Shown: piece after piece, positions 1 through 9,289 of the stretch
Numbering within the stretch: the first letter of the stretch is position 1
How the letters are laid out: every line of letters begins with the position of its first letter
Notes under the pieces: model-generated
The model's database searches: none
What the model was told of the DNA's origin: nothing
Seen by the model: only the letters and a program-made list of their open reading frames with translations
Made by a program: the position numbers and the translations under genes
DNA from: Dehalococcoidales bacterium
GTDB taxonomy: Bacteria; Chloroflexota; Dehalococcoidia; Dehalococcoidales; RBG-16-60-22
NCBI GenBank assembly: GCA_034429595.1
Contig: DAOUGB010000089.1
Coordinates: forward strand, 1,260 to 65,259
Direction of reading: 5' to 3'
Length of the DNA stretch: 64,000 nucleotides

Positions 1-476
1 CGGTAGCCAATGCCGCGGCGCCGGTGGTGATGATGCCGCTGCACAAAGGCGCGGACAGCTTTATGTCCATCAAGCAGTACGAGACCTTCTACTGGCCCAC
101 CTTTAAGAAGGTAGTCATGGCGATGGTCAATGAAGGTATTTTCCCCATCCTCTTCGCGGAAGGCAGTTATAACAACCGTCTGGACATCATCGGCGATTTC
201 CCCAAAGGTTCCGTGGCCTGGTACTTCGACCAGACGGATATCTTTAAAGCTAAAGAAAAAATCGGCGACCGGTGCTGCATTATCGGCAACGTGCCCACCT
301 CGCTGGTCATGACGGGCACGCCGCAGGCAGTCAAGGAACATTGCCGGAAACTCATCGAGGTCTGCGGCAAGGGCGGCGGCTACGTCCTGGCCGGCGGCGC
401 CAATGTGGACGAAGGCAATCCGGAAAACCTGCGCGCGATGATGGCGGCGGTCCAAGAATACGGCGTATATAAATAG
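1..476 (+). CDS. URO-D (uroporphyrinogen decarboxylase) family protein, putative corrinoid-dependent methyltransferase; paralog 0, 5'-truncated by window edge
   Basis: Frame is open from base 3 (VANAAAPVVMMPLHKG...). The 150 aa align block for block with the C-termini of the 7 complete paralogs downstream (PLHKG, YWPTFKK, CCIIGNVP, CRKLIEVCGKGGGYVL, NLRAMMAA..EYG). Confidence 0.8.
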   Translation, partial: VANAAAPVVMMPLHKGADSFMSIKQYETFYWPTFKKVVMAMVNEGIFPILFAEGSYNNRLDIIGDFPKGSVAWYFDQTDIFKAKEKIGDRCCIIGNVPTSLVMTGTPQAVKEHCRKLIEVCGKGGGYVLAGGANVDEGNPENLRAMMAAVQEYGVYK

Positions 477-581
477 GATATTGGCACATTAACGGTTGGC
501 AGCGCTAACTTAGCTTTTCCCATTACCGGGAATGGCGGCGCTGCCAATTCTAATCCACTGTCTTTGAGCGGGGGGATTGAT

Positions 582-1910
582 ATGTCAAAAGAATGGTCAG
601 AGATGACCTGGCAGGAGAAACGCGAGGAACGCTTTAAAAAGTGGCTTGACACATCGAATTTTAAACTAAGCCCGGCAGCGGCTAAAAAATATCAGACCCG
701 CGCCACCCGGATGATGAAAGCCATCAAGATGGAAATACCGGACCGCGTCCCGATACACATCGCCGGGAATTCCATGATAGCGTATAACGCCGGGTATACG
801 CTTAAAGACGTAATTTACAACCCTTCAAAAATCGTTCCCGCCTGGGCAAAATGGCTCAAGGACTATGACCAGGATTCCAATGATGCCCCCATGTTCTTTT
901 CCGCTAAGGTTTATGAGCTGCTGGATTACAAGGTCAACAAGTGGCCGGGGGGCGGCCTGCCGGACAACGCGACGCTGCAGAACTTTGTGGAAAAGGAATA
1001 CATGAAGGCGGATGAATACGAGCTTTTCATGAAGGACCAGTTCGACTTCGGCCTGCGGCGTTTTATCCCGCGCGCTTACGGCGTTTTCGAGCCCTGCGCC
1101 AATCTGCCCCCGATGTCATCTTACCAGGGGCTGCCCAACCAGCTGATGGCCATGTGCCTGGACCCGGCTTTCCAGAAACTCTTTAAAGCGGTCAGCGCGG
1201 CCGCCAAAGAGCAGGTAAAGTTCCAGAAAGCCATGGGCGAATGCGCCAGGCTATCTCTGGAAGAAGGATATCCGCCGCTGATGGGCGGCGTGATGCTGGC
1301 GCCCTTCGATACCGTGGCGGATATGCTCCGCGGGACCCACGGCTCCGTCATGGATATGTACCGCCAGCCGGAAAAACTGATAGAATGTCTGGAATACCTC
1401 GCGGAGCAGAGTATGAAGGCGGCGGTGGGCATGGTCAATATGGCAAAGAGCCCCGTCATTTTCGTCCCGATGCATAAAGGCGATGACAGTTTTATGTCGG
1501 TCAAACAGTTCGAAAAGTTTTACTGGCCCACCTTCCGCAAACTGCTGCTGGGGTGTATCAACGAGGGCTGTGTGCCGATGATGGTCATCGACGGCAGCTA
1601 TAATGAAGCGCGTTTAAAGATAATCAGCGAGCTGCCGCGCAGTTCCGTTATCTGGACGATGGAAAAAACGGATATGTTCATGGCCAAGAAAATACTGGGC
1701 GATTCCGCCTGTATCTCCGGTAACGTCACCGCGGTACAGCTCTATACGCAAAAACCGGCGGCGATAAAGGAATATTGCCGCAAACTCATTGAAGGCTGCG
1801 CTCCGGGCGGCGGCTATATCCTTTCACTCGGCTCCGGTATCGATAAATGTGACCCGGCGAATCTGCACGCTATCATCGAAGCCGCTGAAGAATACGGATA
1901 TTATAAATAA
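582..1910 (+). CDS. URO-D family protein, putative substrate:corrinoid methyltransferase (MT-I/MtvB-like), paralog 1
   Basis: Long ORF. ATG at 582 gives MSKEWSEMTWQEKREERF, matching the paralog N-termini (the track ORF starts at TTG 564). Has the GN..P and GGGYIL blocks typical of the URO-D fold. Confidence 0.8.
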   Translation: MSKEWSEMTWQEKREERFKKWLDTSNFKLSPAAAKKYQTRATRMMKAIKMEIPDRVPIHIAGNSMIAYNAGYTLKDVIYNPSKIVPAWAKWLKDYDQDSNDAPMFFSAKVYELLDYKVNKWPGGGLPDNATLQNFVEKEYMKADEYELFMKDQFDFGLRRFIPRAYGVFEPCANLPPMSSYQGLPNQLMAMCLDPAFQKLFKAVSAAAKEQVKFQKAMGECARLSLEEGYPPLMGGVMLAPFDTVADMLRGTHGSVMDMYRQPEKLIECLEYLAEQSMKAAVGMVNMAKSPVIFVPMHKGDDSFMSVKQFEKFYWPTFRKLLLGCINEGCVPMMVIDGSYNEARLKIISELPRSSVIWTMEKTDMFMAKKILGDSACISGNVTAVQLYTQKPAAIKEYCRKLIEGCAPGGGYILSLGSGIDKCDPANLHAIIEAAEEYGYYK

Positions 1911-1996
1911 CGGCTATAGCTTTTAGCCGGCCCGTTTTTCATCGGCAGGACATGGAATATGGTTATTCCCGCCGGCGCGTAATTTGGGGTACGGTT

Positions 1997-3322
1997 ATGG
2001 ATAAAAAATGGTCGGAATTGACTCCGGCGGAAAAGCGGGAGAAGCGGTTTGGCGATTGGCTGAAGCCTCCTACCGGATTTAACAGCCCGGCCGCGGCAAA
2101 AGCCTACGATACCCGTATCAAGAGACTGGCGGATACGCTCCTCATGAAAAAGACGGACCGGGTGCCGGTCACGCTGCCGGTGGATAATTTCCCGGCGCTC
2201 TATTACGGCTCGTCGGTCCACGAGGTGATGTACGATTATGACGCGCTTTATAGCGTCTGGAAAAAATTCCTGAATGATTTTGAAATGGATACGGTTTCCG
2301 GCCCCGGCATGGTCTACCCGGCCAGGGTGCTGGACATCGTCGATTATAAACTGTATGCCTGGCCCGGCCACGGGCTGCCCTTAAACGCCAACGGTCACCA
2401 GTTCGTCGAAGGGGAATACATGACGGCGGACGAGTATGATGCCCTGATTACCGACCCATCCGATTATTTAATGCGGGTGTTTCTGCCCCGGGCTATGGGT
2501 TCTTTAAAAGCCTTCAGCAAACTGCCGTCCCTTACCTCCCTTCTCGGCAAGCCCCAGGCTTTATTGATGGCGGCGGGACAGCCGGACGTGCAGGCCGCTT
2601 TCCAGGCGCTGGCGGACGCCGGGCGGGAAATGAACAGGTACCAGCAGATAGTCATGAGGTTCGGTGAAGAGGCGCAGACCGCCGGTTATCCCTCCATCAG
2701 GGGCGGGGTAGCGATGGCGCCGTTCGATTCCCTGGGCGATGCGCTGCGCGGCACCAAGGGCGTTATCATGGACATGTACCGCCGCCCGGAGAAAGTCCTC
2801 AAAGCCGTGGAGGTGATTACGGATTTTGCCATCCGCAACACCATCGAGCAGATGAACCAGACGGGCGGCGTGATGGTCACTTTCCCCCTGCATAAAGGCG
2901 ATGATACCTTCATGTCCGCTACCCAGTTCGATAAATTCTACTGGCCTTCCCTAAAGAGATTCATCCTTGCCTTGATTGATGAAGGCATCATGGTTTCCCT
3001 CTTCGCCGAGGGGAAATACAACAGCCGCCTCGAACGCGTTAAAGACCTGCCTTCCGGCTGGATACTCTGGCACTTCGACCAGACGGATATGACGCGGGCC
3101 AAGCAGGCCCTCGGCAATACCCAGTGCCTGGCCGGCAACGTACCCTCCTCGCTGATGTGCACCGGCACGCCGGAAGACGTGAAGGAATACTGCCGGAAGC
3201 TCATCGAGCTTTGTGCCGAAGACGGCGGCTATATTTTAACCGGCGGCGCCAGCTGCGCGGAAGTGAAGGCGGAAAACCTGCGCGCGATGATGGCCGCCGC
3301 CAAAGAATACGGGAAGTTTTAA
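1997..3322 (+). CDS. URO-D family protein, putative corrinoid-dependent methyltransferase, paralog 2
   Basis: ATG at 1997 gives MDKKWSELTPAEKREKRF. Shares PLHKGDDTFMS, CLAGNVP and CRKLIELCAEDGGYIL with its siblings. Confidence 0.8.
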   Translation: MDKKWSELTPAEKREKRFGDWLKPPTGFNSPAAAKAYDTRIKRLADTLLMKKTDRVPVTLPVDNFPALYYGSSVHEVMYDYDALYSVWKKFLNDFEMDTVSGPGMVYPARVLDIVDYKLYAWPGHGLPLNANGHQFVEGEYMTADEYDALITDPSDYLMRVFLPRAMGSLKAFSKLPSLTSLLGKPQALLMAAGQPDVQAAFQALADAGREMNRYQQIVMRFGEEAQTAGYPSIRGGVAMAPFDSLGDALRGTKGVIMDMYRRPEKVLKAVEVITDFAIRNTIEQMNQTGGVMVTFPLHKGDDTFMSATQFDKFYWPSLKRFILALIDEGIMVSLFAEGKYNSRLERVKDLPSGWILWHFDQTDMTRAKQALGNTQCLAGNVPSSLMCTGTPEDVKEYCRKLIELCAEDGGYILTGGASCAEVKAENLRAMMAAAKEYGKF

Positions 3323-3435
3323 GGAGAAAAGGGAATAGCAGACGGTATTCCAGGTAACCTCCCTTACCCGAGCCTGTAAACTGTTAACCGAAAACGGCAA
3401 ACGTTGTTGGTCATTGAAGAAGGAGGCGTATCATC

Positions 3436-4779
3436 ATGGCTGAAACTAAAAACTGGGAAGAAATGACCTGGCAGGAAAAGCGGGAGGCGCGCTTTGAACG
3501 GTGGATGAATCCTCCGGACGTAAAATTCGTCAGCAAGGAAGCGGAACAGCTTTATAAAGCGCGTGTCAAAAGATTTATTAAAGCCATCAAGCTGGAAGAA
3601 CCGGACCGCGTGCCGGTCATGCTCCCCACCGGGAACTACCCGGCTTACTGGGGCGGCGCGTCCTTCCGCACGCTGATGTATGATTATGATAAAGGCACGG
3701 AAATCTGGAAGAAATATTTAAAAGCCTTCGGGGACATGGACACCTTTAACGGGCCATCCCTCGTCCCCTCCGGCAAAATAGCGGCGGAGCTTCCCTCCAA
3801 GCTCCAGAAGCTGCCCGGCCTCGGCCTGCCGGAAGACGCCACCATGAACCAGTTCGTCGAAGGCGAGTACATGATGGCGGATGAATATGATAAATACATG
3901 ATGGACCCGTCCGATTATAACCTCCGCACCATGCTGCCCCGCACCTCTCCCTTCTTCGAGGCGTTCAGGCGGCTGCCGCCCATCCGTTCGCTGATGGGCA
4001 CATCCTGGGTCTCCATCATGGCCGACCCGGATATCCAGAAAATCATCAAGACCCTTTCGGGCCTGGTGGATGAGCAGAATAAATGGATGAAAGCCAATTT
4101 TGAAATCAACCAGTGGATTAAAGAGCAGGGATATCCTTCACTGTTCGGCGGCGGCATCATGGCGGGCGCGCCCTTCGACCATTTTGCCGATGCGTTACGC
4201 GGCACGCAGGGCATCGCCCGGGACATGTTCCGCCAGCCCAAGAAGCTGCATGAAGCCATGGAATGCTATCTCAAACTGACCATCGAGACCACCATTAAGA
4301 ACTTCCCGATGACCGCCTGCCCCATCTGCATGATGCCGCTGCACAAAGGCGATGACTGCTTCATGTCGGACAAGCAGTTCGCGGAGTTTTACTGGCCCAC
4401 TTACCGCCGGCTGCTGCTGGCGATGGTCAATGAAGGCCTGGTGCCGATGCCGTTCGCGGAAGGGCGCTATACCAACCGGCTCAAACAGATTAACGATACA
4501 CCGCCGAGCGGCGTGGTCTGGTACTTCGACCAGACGGACATGAAGGAAGCCAAGCGGATTCTCGGCGATGTTTGCTGTATCGCCGGTAACGTGCCCACCT
4601 CCGTTGTCATCAAGGGTACCGTCCAGCAGGTGAAGGACTACTGCAAGAAATTGATTGATGACTGCGCGCCGGGCGGCGGCTTTATCCTGGCTGGCGGCGC
4701 CAGCATCGATAACGGCAAGATGGAAAACCTCAAGGCCATGATGGACGCGGCCAAAGAATACGGGGTGTACAAGAAATAA
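3436..4779 (+). CDS. URO-D family protein, putative corrinoid-dependent methyltransferase, paralog 3
   Basis: GGAGG lies upstream of the ATG. Shows the same conserved blocks as its siblings. Confidence 0.8.
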   Translation: MAETKNWEEMTWQEKREARFERWMNPPDVKFVSKEAEQLYKARVKRFIKAIKLEEPDRVPVMLPTGNYPAYWGGASFRTLMYDYDKGTEIWKKYLKAFGDMDTFNGPSLVPSGKIAAELPSKLQKLPGLGLPEDATMNQFVEGEYMMADEYDKYMMDPSDYNLRTMLPRTSPFFEAFRRLPPIRSLMGTSWVSIMADPDIQKIIKTLSGLVDEQNKWMKANFEINQWIKEQGYPSLFGGGIMAGAPFDHFADALRGTQGIARDMFRQPKKLHEAMECYLKLTIETTIKNFPMTACPICMMPLHKGDDCFMSDKQFAEFYWPTYRRLLLAMVNEGLVPMPFAEGRYTNRLKQINDTPPSGVVWYFDQTDMKEAKRILGDVCCIAGNVPTSVVIKGTVQQVKDYCKKLIDDCAPGGGFILAGGASIDNGKMENLKAMMDAAKEYGVYKK

Positions 4780-4786
4780 AGTTTGG

Positions 4787-4903
4787 TGTCATTGCGAGGA
4801 GTACAGCGACGAAGCAATCCCGTTGACTACCAGTGAGATTGCTTCGCCTCCTTCCGATGGTTCGACAAGCTCACCATGAGCGGAAGGATGGTCTCGCAGT
4901 GGC
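4787..4903. repeat. Type-A palindromic MITE-like repeat, copy 1 (TGTCATTGCGAGG..AGCGACGAAGCAATCC..GATTGCTTCGCC.. degenerate CTCGCAGTGGC end)
   Basis: Intergenic between paralogs 3 and 4. Nested inverted repeats. Shares termini and inner arms with copies at 6279, 33280, 45465 and 62829. Confidence 0.75.
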
Positions 4904-4936
4904 GGCATATATGAATTTTTAATTTTGGAGGAAGTA

Positions 4937-6271
4937 ATGTTTAAAAGACCGGAAAACTGGGATAAACTGACCTGGCAGGAGAAGCGGGAACTGCGCCTCA
5001 ATCAGTGGATAAGCGCGCCCGGGATAAAATTCGTCAGTAAAGAAGCGGAAAAGAACTATAAAGCCCGCGCCACCCGCCTGGCCCAGTCCGTAAAAATGGA
5101 AAAAGGCGACCGCGTGCCCTGCATGGTGCCTACCGGCTGGTTCCCGGCCAAGAACGCCGGCGTCACCCTTAAGGAGGTCATGTACGACCCGGAGCTGATG
5201 AAGAAGGTCTGGCTGAAATTCGTGGATGAATTCGAATCGGACACTTTTGACGGCACGCTCTTCTTCCAGGCGCCGATTAACGATTTAATGGAGGTCAAGA
5301 CCCAGAAATGGCCCGGCCACGGCCTGCCGGATAATGCCCATTCCTACCAGTACGTCGAGGGCGTTTACATGAAAGCGGACGAGTACGACCTTTTCATGAA
5401 GGACCCGTTCGATTTCCAGTTGCGCAAGCTGTTGCCCCGCACCTATGGCGTCTTCGAGCCTTTTGCAGATGTCCCCTCTTTCTCTTCCTACCAGGGGCTG
5501 CCCAACCGTCTGATGGCCATGTGCCTGGACCCCAAGTTCCAGAAACTTTTTAAAGCTATCAATGAAGCCAGCAAATACCTGCCGGCTTTCGGCAAAGCTA
5601 CCATGGAGACCAGTCAGGCCGCCCAGTCTAAAGGTTTCCCGATGTTCCGCGGCGGCATGGCGGTAGCGCCGTTTGACGTCTTCGCGGACAGCCTGCGCGG
5701 CACGCAGGGCATCGTCATGGACATGTTCCGCCAGCCGGATAAAATCCACCAGGCGATGGAGTTTGTCTTGCCCGGGCTTGTTTCCGGCGCTACCAGCATG
5801 TGTGATGCCGCCGATTGCCCGGTGGTGATGATGCCGCTGCACAAGGGCGATGATACCTTTATGTCCGATAAGCAGTTCGAGGTCTTTTACTGGCCTACCT
5901 TCCGGCGGATGCTGCTGGGCATGGTGGAAGAAGGGCTGGTGCCTTTCCCGGTGGCGGAAGGCGCTTACAACCGCCGCCTGGAGTATATTTCGGACATGCC
6001 TAAATCCGCCGTCACCTGGATGTTCGACCAGACGAATATGGCCAACGCCAAGAAAACAGTCGGCAAGGTGTCCTGCATCGCCGGGAACGTACCGGTCTCC
6101 GTGGCCTACACCGGCACGGAAAAAGATATGAAAGAGTACTGCCGCAAGCTCATCGAGACCTGCGCTCCGGGCGGCGGCTATATCCTTTCCGGCGGCGCTA
6201 CTTTTGATATGGCCAAGCCGGAAAACATCCGCGCCATGATGGCGGCGGCCAAAGAATACGGAAAATATTAA
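4937..6271 (+). CDS. URO-D family protein, putative corrinoid-dependent methyltransferase, paralog 4
   Basis: ATG at 4937 follows GGAGGA (the track ORF starts at TTG 4925). Conserved paralog blocks are present. Confidence 0.8.
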   Translation: MFKRPENWDKLTWQEKRELRLNQWISAPGIKFVSKEAEKNYKARATRLAQSVKMEKGDRVPCMVPTGWFPAKNAGVTLKEVMYDPELMKKVWLKFVDEFESDTFDGTLFFQAPINDLMEVKTQKWPGHGLPDNAHSYQYVEGVYMKADEYDLFMKDPFDFQLRKLLPRTYGVFEPFADVPSFSSYQGLPNRLMAMCLDPKFQKLFKAINEASKYLPAFGKATMETSQAAQSKGFPMFRGGMAVAPFDVFADSLRGTQGIVMDMFRQPDKIHQAMEFVLPGLVSGATSMCDAADCPVVMMPLHKGDDTFMSDKQFEVFYWPTFRRMLLGMVEEGLVPFPVAEGAYNRRLEYISDMPKSAVTWMFDQTNMANAKKTVGKVSCIAGNVPVSVAYTGTEKDMKEYCRKLIETCAPGGGYILSGGATFDMAKPENIRAMMAAAKEYGKY

Positions 6272-6278
6272 AAATAAT

Positions 6279-6368
6279 TGTCATGGCGAGGAGCGAAGCG
6301 ACGCGGCAATCCCGCCGACTAACCGTGAGATTGCTTCGCCTTCCCTTCGGGTATGGCTCGCAATGACA
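6279..6368. repeat. Type-A palindromic MITE-like repeat, copy 2
   Basis: TGTCATGGCGAGGAGCGAAGCGACGCGGCAATCC ... GAGATTGCTTCGCC ... GCTCGCAATGACA. Intergenic between paralogs 4 and 5. Confidence 0.8.
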
Positions 6369-6390
6369 GAACAAAAATAAGGAGGTTCAC

Positions 6391-7737
6391 ATGGAAGGCA
6401 TCGAAAATTGGAAAGATTTGACGCCGGAACAGAAAAGGGCCGCGCGGTTCAAGCGCTGGCTGGACGCCCCCGGCGTAAAATTCAAGGATAAAGCGGCGGA
6501 ACAGCTTTATAAGACCAGAGTAAGCCGGTTCATCAAGGCCATCAGCCTGGAAGAGGCCGACCGCGTGCCCTGCAACCTGCCGGTAGGCTATTTCCCCGCC
6601 TACTATGCCGGTTACGACCTCAAGACGGTCATGTACGATTATGAAAAGCAGCGGGATGCCTGGCTGAAGTTCATGAAGGACTTCGGGGATATGGACAGCT
6701 TCGGCGGGCCGGGGCTAATTCTGCCGGCCAAAGCGCTGGAAATCATCGACCATAAACTGCACAAGTGGCCGGGGCACGGCATCGGCGATGACGTGCCTTC
6801 CTACCAGTTCGTCGAAGGCGAGTACATGAAAAAGGACGAATACGACAAGCTTATCCGGGACCCCTCCGATTTCTGGCTGCGCACCTTTATGCCGCGCCAG
6901 GCCGGGGCCTTTAAGCCTTTAGCCAATCTGCCCCACCTCAACCCGATGATAGGCCTGCCCATTTTCTTCCTGACAAAGTTCGCCGACCCCGCGGTACAGG
7001 GAGCGTATATCAAGATATTCCAGGCGGCTGAAGAAATAATTAAATGGATGAAAATTACCGGCGAGGTAGGGCGTATAGCCATACAGTCCGGCTACCCCGG
7101 CTTCAGCAGCGGCGGTTTTTCCGGCGCGCCCTTCGATATGCTGACGGATATGCTGCGCGGCACGACAGGCATCTTTATGGATATGTACCGCCAGCCGGAG
7201 AAAATCCACGAGGCGATGGAAGCCCTGGTGCCCATCGTCATCGAGGAAGCGGTCAGCGGCGCGGACAATTCACTATCGCCGATTGTCATGATGCCGCTGC
7301 ACAAGGGTGAAAAGGGCTTCATGTCTCCCAAACAGTTCGAAACCTTCTACTGGCCCACTTTTAAGAAAGTGCTGCTGGGCATCATTAATGAAGGGCTGAT
7401 ACCCCTGCCTTTCGCCGAGGGCAACTATATCCCCCGCCTGGATATCATCCAGGATATGCCCAAAGCCTCGATGGTCTGGTACTTCGAGTACATGGACATG
7501 GCGCAGGCCAAGAAGACGGTAGGCCGGACGAACTGTATTTGCGGCAACCTGCCTATTTCCATCATGGTCACCGGCACGGTCAAGGACGTTAAAGAAGGCT
7601 GCCGCAAGCTCATCGAGGACTGTGCGCCCGGCGGCGGCTATATTCTGACATCCGCGGCCTCGATGGACCAGGGGAAAATAGAGAATCTGCACGCGATGAT
7701 GGACGCCGCCAAAGAATACGGCGTCTATAAGAAATAG
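6391..7737 (+). CDS. URO-D family protein, putative corrinoid-dependent methyltransferase, paralog 5
   Basis: AAGGAGG lies upstream. Conserved paralog blocks are present (PLHKGEKGFMS variant). Confidence 0.8.
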   Translation: MEGIENWKDLTPEQKRAARFKRWLDAPGVKFKDKAAEQLYKTRVSRFIKAISLEEADRVPCNLPVGYFPAYYAGYDLKTVMYDYEKQRDAWLKFMKDFGDMDSFGGPGLILPAKALEIIDHKLHKWPGHGIGDDVPSYQFVEGEYMKKDEYDKLIRDPSDFWLRTFMPRQAGAFKPLANLPHLNPMIGLPIFFLTKFADPAVQGAYIKIFQAAEEIIKWMKITGEVGRIAIQSGYPGFSSGGFSGAPFDMLTDMLRGTTGIFMDMYRQPEKIHEAMEALVPIVIEEAVSGADNSLSPIVMMPLHKGEKGFMSPKQFETFYWPTFKKVLLGIINEGLIPLPFAEGNYIPRLDIIQDMPKASMVWYFEYMDMAQAKKTVGRTNCICGNLPISIMVTGTVKDVKEGCRKLIEDCAPGGGYILTSAASMDQGKIENLHAMMDAAKEYGVYKK

Positions 7738-7794
7738 GAACTCTCCCCTGATTTTATCGAAGGGGTTTCCCTAAAAAATATATCGAGGTTGATT

Positions 7795-9129
7795 ATGGAA
7801 GGCGTTGCCAACTGGGAAAAACTTACCTGGCAGGAAAAGCGCGAAGAGCGCTTTAAAAAATGGCTGGAGGCTCCCGGCGTGACCTTTAACAGCCCGGCGG
7901 CGAAAAAAGCCTACCAGGAACGGGTTACCCGCTTTATTAAAGTCATCAAGCTGGAAGAACCGGACCGCGTTCCCGTGATGCTGCCGTCCGGTTATTATCC
8001 CGCCATATATGCCGGATATTCGCTTAAAGAAGTGATGTACGATTACCGGAAACTGGCGGATGCCTGGCGGAAATTCAACCGTGATTTCCCGTCGGACAGC
8101 TTTGCCAGCCCGGGGCTGGTCTACCCCGGCCGCGTTATCGAGAAAATCGGGCACAAGCTGCATAAGTGGCCCGGCCACGGCCTCCCGGATAACGCCCAGA
8201 TGTACCAGTTTATCGAGGGCGTTTACATGAAGCCGGGTGAGTATGACGACTTTATGGAGAACTTTACGGACTACTGGATGCGGGTCTTTCTGCCCCGTAC
8301 CGCCGGCGCGCTGGAGCCGTTCCAATACCTGGCGGGATTCCAGCCGGTCCTGACCAACCCCCTCGGCTGGGTAGCGTCTTTTGCTAATCCGGATGTGCAG
8401 AAAGCGTTTGAAACTTTGATTGAAGCCGGCAAAGAAATCGCGCAATGGCGTGACGCCGTCGGCGAGGTCAGCCGCGAAGCGCTGGCGGAAGGGCATGCCT
8501 CTTTCGGGGGCGGTATGGCCGGCGCGCCCTTCGATAATCTTTCCGATGTCTTGCGCGGCACCACGGGCATCGTCATGGACATGTACCGCCAGCCGGACAA
8601 GATAAAAGAAGCGATGGAAAAACTGGTCCCCGTCATCGTCAGGGGGGCGGTGCGGGGCGCTGACGCGTCTTTGAGCCCGGTCTGCTCCATGCCCCTGCAC
8701 AAAGGCGATAATTCCTTTATGTCCGGCAAGCAGTTCGAGGAATTTTACTGGCCTACTTTTAAAAAAGTACTGCTCGGCATGGTTAACGAGGGCCTGGTGC
8801 CCATGCCTTTTGCCGAGGGCAATTACGAACCGCGGCTGGATATCATCAAAGAAATGCCAAAGTCGTCCGTCGTCTGGTACTTCGAGGTGATGGATATGGC
8901 CAAGGCCAAGGAAAAGCTCGGCGGCGCGGCCTGCATCGCCGGCAACCTGCCGTCTTCTCTTATCGTCACCAGCACGCCTACAATCGTTAAGGAAGGCTGC
9001 CGCAAGCTCATCGAGACCTGCGGGAAGGGCGGCGGCTATATATTAGCCGGAGCGTCCAGTGTCAGTAAATGCAATCCGGATAATCTACGCGCCATGCAGG
9101 CAGCCGCCGAAGAGTACGGAAGATATTAG
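7795..9129 (+). CDS. URO-D family protein, putative corrinoid-dependent methyltransferase, paralog 6
   Basis: ATG at 7795 (the track ORF starts at TTG 7789). Conserved paralog blocks are present. Confidence 0.8.
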   Translation: MEGVANWEKLTWQEKREERFKKWLEAPGVTFNSPAAKKAYQERVTRFIKVIKLEEPDRVPVMLPSGYYPAIYAGYSLKEVMYDYRKLADAWRKFNRDFPSDSFASPGLVYPGRVIEKIGHKLHKWPGHGLPDNAQMYQFIEGVYMKPGEYDDFMENFTDYWMRVFLPRTAGALEPFQYLAGFQPVLTNPLGWVASFANPDVQKAFETLIEAGKEIAQWRDAVGEVSREALAEGHASFGGGMAGAPFDNLSDVLRGTTGIVMDMYRQPDKIKEAMEKLVPVIVRGAVRGADASLSPVCSMPLHKGDNSFMSGKQFEEFYWPTFKKVLLGMVNEGLVPMPFAEGNYEPRLDIIKEMPKSSVVWYFEVMDMAKAKEKLGGAACIAGNLPSSLIVTSTPTIVKEGCRKLIETCGKGGGYILAGASSVSKCNPDNLRAMQAAAEEYGRY

Positions 9130-9289
9130 GGAGAAAGTATACAGTAGACAGTTTGCAGTAAGCCCCCGCCTGCTTTTTCCCCCGACTGTTGGCTGTTAAC
9201 TGGAAACTCTTAACTATATCCCTCCCTTATTAGCATTTTAGCGGATGCAGGCAGTAAGATATTAAAGCATAATATGGGGGTGGCATAAT

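Noticed and set aside
7771-8700. 309-aa antisense ORF. Similar long antisense or out-of-frame ORFs occur at 5285..5842, 9854..10195, 42127..42609, 47312..47806, 52700..53314, 55940..57016 and 61439..62107.
   Set aside because: Each lies entirely inside a strongly supported gene on the other strand or in another frame. Their translations are Arg/Gly/His/Pro-rich low-complexity strings, typical of shadow ORFs in GC-rich coding DNA. None shows a recognisable motif.
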